The position numbers were made by a program, and so were the translations under genes. The notes beneath the pieces were generated by a model, which was not told the origin of the DNA, ran no database searches, and worked only from the letters and a program-made list of their open reading frames with translations. Below are positions 59,017-60,880 of a DNA stretch of 60,880 bases, one piece after another. Each line of letters starts with the position of its first letter. Position 1 is the stretch's first letter. The stretch comes from Nitrospiraceae bacterium. Lineage in GTDB: Bacteria; Nitrospirota; Thermodesulfovibrionia; UBA6902. The stretch is from positions 1 through 60,880 of the forward strand of contig QZKC01000052.1 of the NCBI GenBank assembly GCA_003599425.1, in the 5' to 3' direction.

Positions 59017-59943
59017 ATGCGAAAAAAGATCACGATCATCGGAGCAGGTAACGTAGGCGCCTCAACAGCGCAACTGGTGGCGAAAGAAGGTATTGCTGAT
59101 GTAATGCTTTTTGATATCGCCGAAGGGATTCCCCAGGGAAAGGCGCTTGACATCGCTGAGGCATGTCCGCTCTGGGGTTCTGCTGTCTCTGTAAAAGGAA
59201 CAAATAATTATGCTGACACAAAAAACTCTGACATTGTTGTCATAACTGCGGGCTTTCCCCGCAAGCCCAATATGTCAAGGGATGATCTCCTCCATGCCAA
59301 TGCTGACGTGGTCAAGGCCGCATCTCAGGCGATCGCGAAAAATTCCCCTAATGCGATTATCATTGTGGTGACCAATCCAATGGATGCAATGGCGCAGCTT
59401 GCATGGAAGACCACAGAGTTTTCCTGCAGGCGAGTTATGGGGATGGGAGGGATACTTGATGCTGCGCGGTTCAGGACCTTCCTTGCATGGGAACTGAATG
59501 TTTCTCCGGAAGATATTGAAGCCATGCTCCTTGGCGGCCATGGCGATCAGATGGTCCCGCTTCCGAGATTCACTACAGTGAAAGGCATTCCGGTCGGTGA
59601 AATACTGAAAAAGAAAACACTCGGTGCCCTTATCCAGAGAACCAGAAGCGGTGGAGCTGAAATAGTGGGACTGCTCAAGTCAGGAAGCGCCTATTACGCA
59701 CCTGCAGCCGCAACCTTTCAGATGATAAAATCTATCCTTCTTGACGAGAAGCGTGTCCTGCCGTGCGCTGCCTATCTCAATGGGGAATATGGCGTGAAAG
59801 ACCTCTATGTCGGCGTACCAGTCGTCCTTGGCAAAGAAGGCGTTGAGAAGGTTGTGGAGATAAAACTCACAAGGGATGAAAAGACTTTGTTCAGGGCATC
59901 CTGCACCGCTGTAAGAAAGCTCGTGAAGAAACTCGCGATATAG
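59017..59943 (+). CDS. mdh: Malate dehydrogenase (LDH-like)
   Basis: GAGNVG, PRKPNMSRDDL, NPMD, LDAAR, GGHGD, GSAYYAP. Confidence 0.95.
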   Translation: MRKKITIIGAGNVGASTAQLVAKEGIADVMLFDIAEGIPQGKALDIAEACPLWGSAVSVKGTNNYADTKNSDIVVITAGFPRKPNMSRDDLLHANADVVKAASQAIAKNSPNAIIIVVTNPMDAMAQLAWKTTEFSCRRVMGMGGILDAARFRTFLAWELNVSPEDIEAMLLGGHGDQMVPLPRFTTVKGIPVGEILKKKTLGALIQRTRSGGAEIVGLLKSGSAYYAPAAATFQMIKSILLDEKRVLPCAAYLNGEYGVKDLYVGVPVVLGKEGVEKVVEIKLTRDEKTLFRASCTAVRKLVKKLAI

Positions 59944-59944
59944 A

Positions 59945-60008
59945 AGAGACACATCCCATATTTTTTAATGGAATAAGTCTGGATAGCAGATATGTGAAAT
60001 ATGTCTCT
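59945..60008. repeat. Stand-alone copy of the transposase terminal repeat with a degenerate inverted partner
   Basis: AGAGACACATCCCATATTTT matches 45515-45534 at 19/20 nt; ATATGTGAAATATGTCTCT lies downstream. Confidence 0.6.
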
Positions 60009-60331
60009 CTATTTTCATATACCGGACATAATGCCAACTCTCGACTCAAAATCAACACTATATTTGCCTAATTGCGCAACTAAAAATTTTATTTACAAAG
60101 TGGCCACACTATGCTATTTTAAAAAACCTCTAATCCTTCAAAAATAGCTTATTACATATATAGTTAATAAAGCCACATTACTTTCTTTAATTTGGAATGG
60201 AAAACCAAGTAAAAAGGAGACCATTCATAGCATGTGAATTAAGACATTTCCTGTAGAAGACATGCCAGAGGCAGGCAATACCAGACTTAAGTCTGAATAA
60301 TATTTCATTAGAATGATGGGGAGGGGCGTCC

Positions 60332-60880
60332 ATGAAAACAATGTCAAAGATGTATCTTTTACTTTTGGGAATAATATCTTTGGTTGTATTTTTTATAGCC
60401 GATGTGGCAAAGGCAAACGAAACCTATCTGCAATATGACACCACTACCGATCCAAGTATTTGTGGTGATCGAATTAGTGATATTTTCTACGATGAAATAA
60501 ACAATAGAGTACTAATATCTACAGGTTATTTTTGGGACCCAGCAGTAATCAGTATTTGGAGAGATGCGTCAGAGCAATACTCTAATGGCATATGCGTCTT
60601 AAATAGGAATACAAATACGGTTACAAAATATAATGTATCGAACTCTGCAATACCGACAAATGTTTATAAAAGCATAACATGGGGTGATAATTTAATTATA
60701 GCTGGCAGTTATTATTCGGGGATTGTTGTTATAAATGAGATCACTGGAGAAATCAGGGTCTTCAACAAAAATTCTTCCCCTGCATTAAAAACAGGAATTT
60801 ACAGTTTGGAGACTGCACCCATTAGTTCGCTCAAATATGAAAACGGGAAAATTTATTTTTCTTATGGTGAATATACTGAA
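60332..60880 (+). CDS. Secreted beta-propeller-like protein (3' partial, not in ORF track)
   Basis: GGAGG RBS; signal peptide MKTMSKMYLLLLGIISLVVFFIADVAKA; open to the window end; blade-like repeats (GICVLN..KYNVSNS; GIVVIN..VFNKNS); AT-rich. Confidence 0.75.
   Translation, partial: MKTMSKMYLLLLGIISLVVFFIADVAKANETYLQYDTTTDPSICGDRISDIFYDEINNRVLISTGYFWDPAVISIWRDASEQYSNGICVLNRNTNTVTKYNVSNSAIPTNVYKSITWGDNLIIAGSYYSGIVVINEITGEIRVFNKNSSPALKTGIYSLETAPISSLKYENGKIYFSYGEYTE

Noticed and set aside
60180-60300. Possible riboswitch in the leader of the last ORF
   Set aside because: Only short hairpins; no recognisable c-di-GMP, SAM, TPP or cobalamin consensus. An Rfam scan would settle it.

Overview
Bacterial chromosomal window of moderate GC. 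Gene content suggests an anaerobe, perhaps Nitrospirota/Thermodesulfovibrionia-like or deltaproteobacterial (inference only). Housekeeping and stress genes: perR-rubrerythrin cluster, PMM/PGM, rfaE2, a probable Re-citrate synthase-isocitrate dehydrogenase-CNNM operon, Trm112, EndoQ, mscL, pirin-AlkD-cupin, dnaJ-hspR-clpB, ubiE/menG, rsmG, ubiX and mdh. Signalling genes are dense: three GGDEF-EAL proteins, one HD-GYP protein and four histidine kinases. Most notable: (1) a four-copy 150-165 bp intergenic hairpin element with arms that co-vary within each copy and a conserved mismatch plus 2-nt bulge; two copies bracket a Y1/HUH (RAYT-like) transposase that has its own terminal inverted repeats; (2) a translationally coupled TPR/YaiO barrel - HEAT - processive GT2 - CX5R phosphatase operon, a candidate exopolysaccharide system; (3) an AioXSR-like binding protein/kinase/sigma54-activator module above a sigma54 promoter driving an ATPase-less amino-acid ABC transporter, followed by a frameshifted arsS-like remnant; (4) several deletion scars (hsdR/hsdS around an intact TA pair, a PAS stub, a ybgA/SDR chimera); (5) repeated signatures of leaderless transcription. 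No rRNA, tRNA or CRISPR array was seen. Family calls come from motif recognition by eye and need HMM confirmation.
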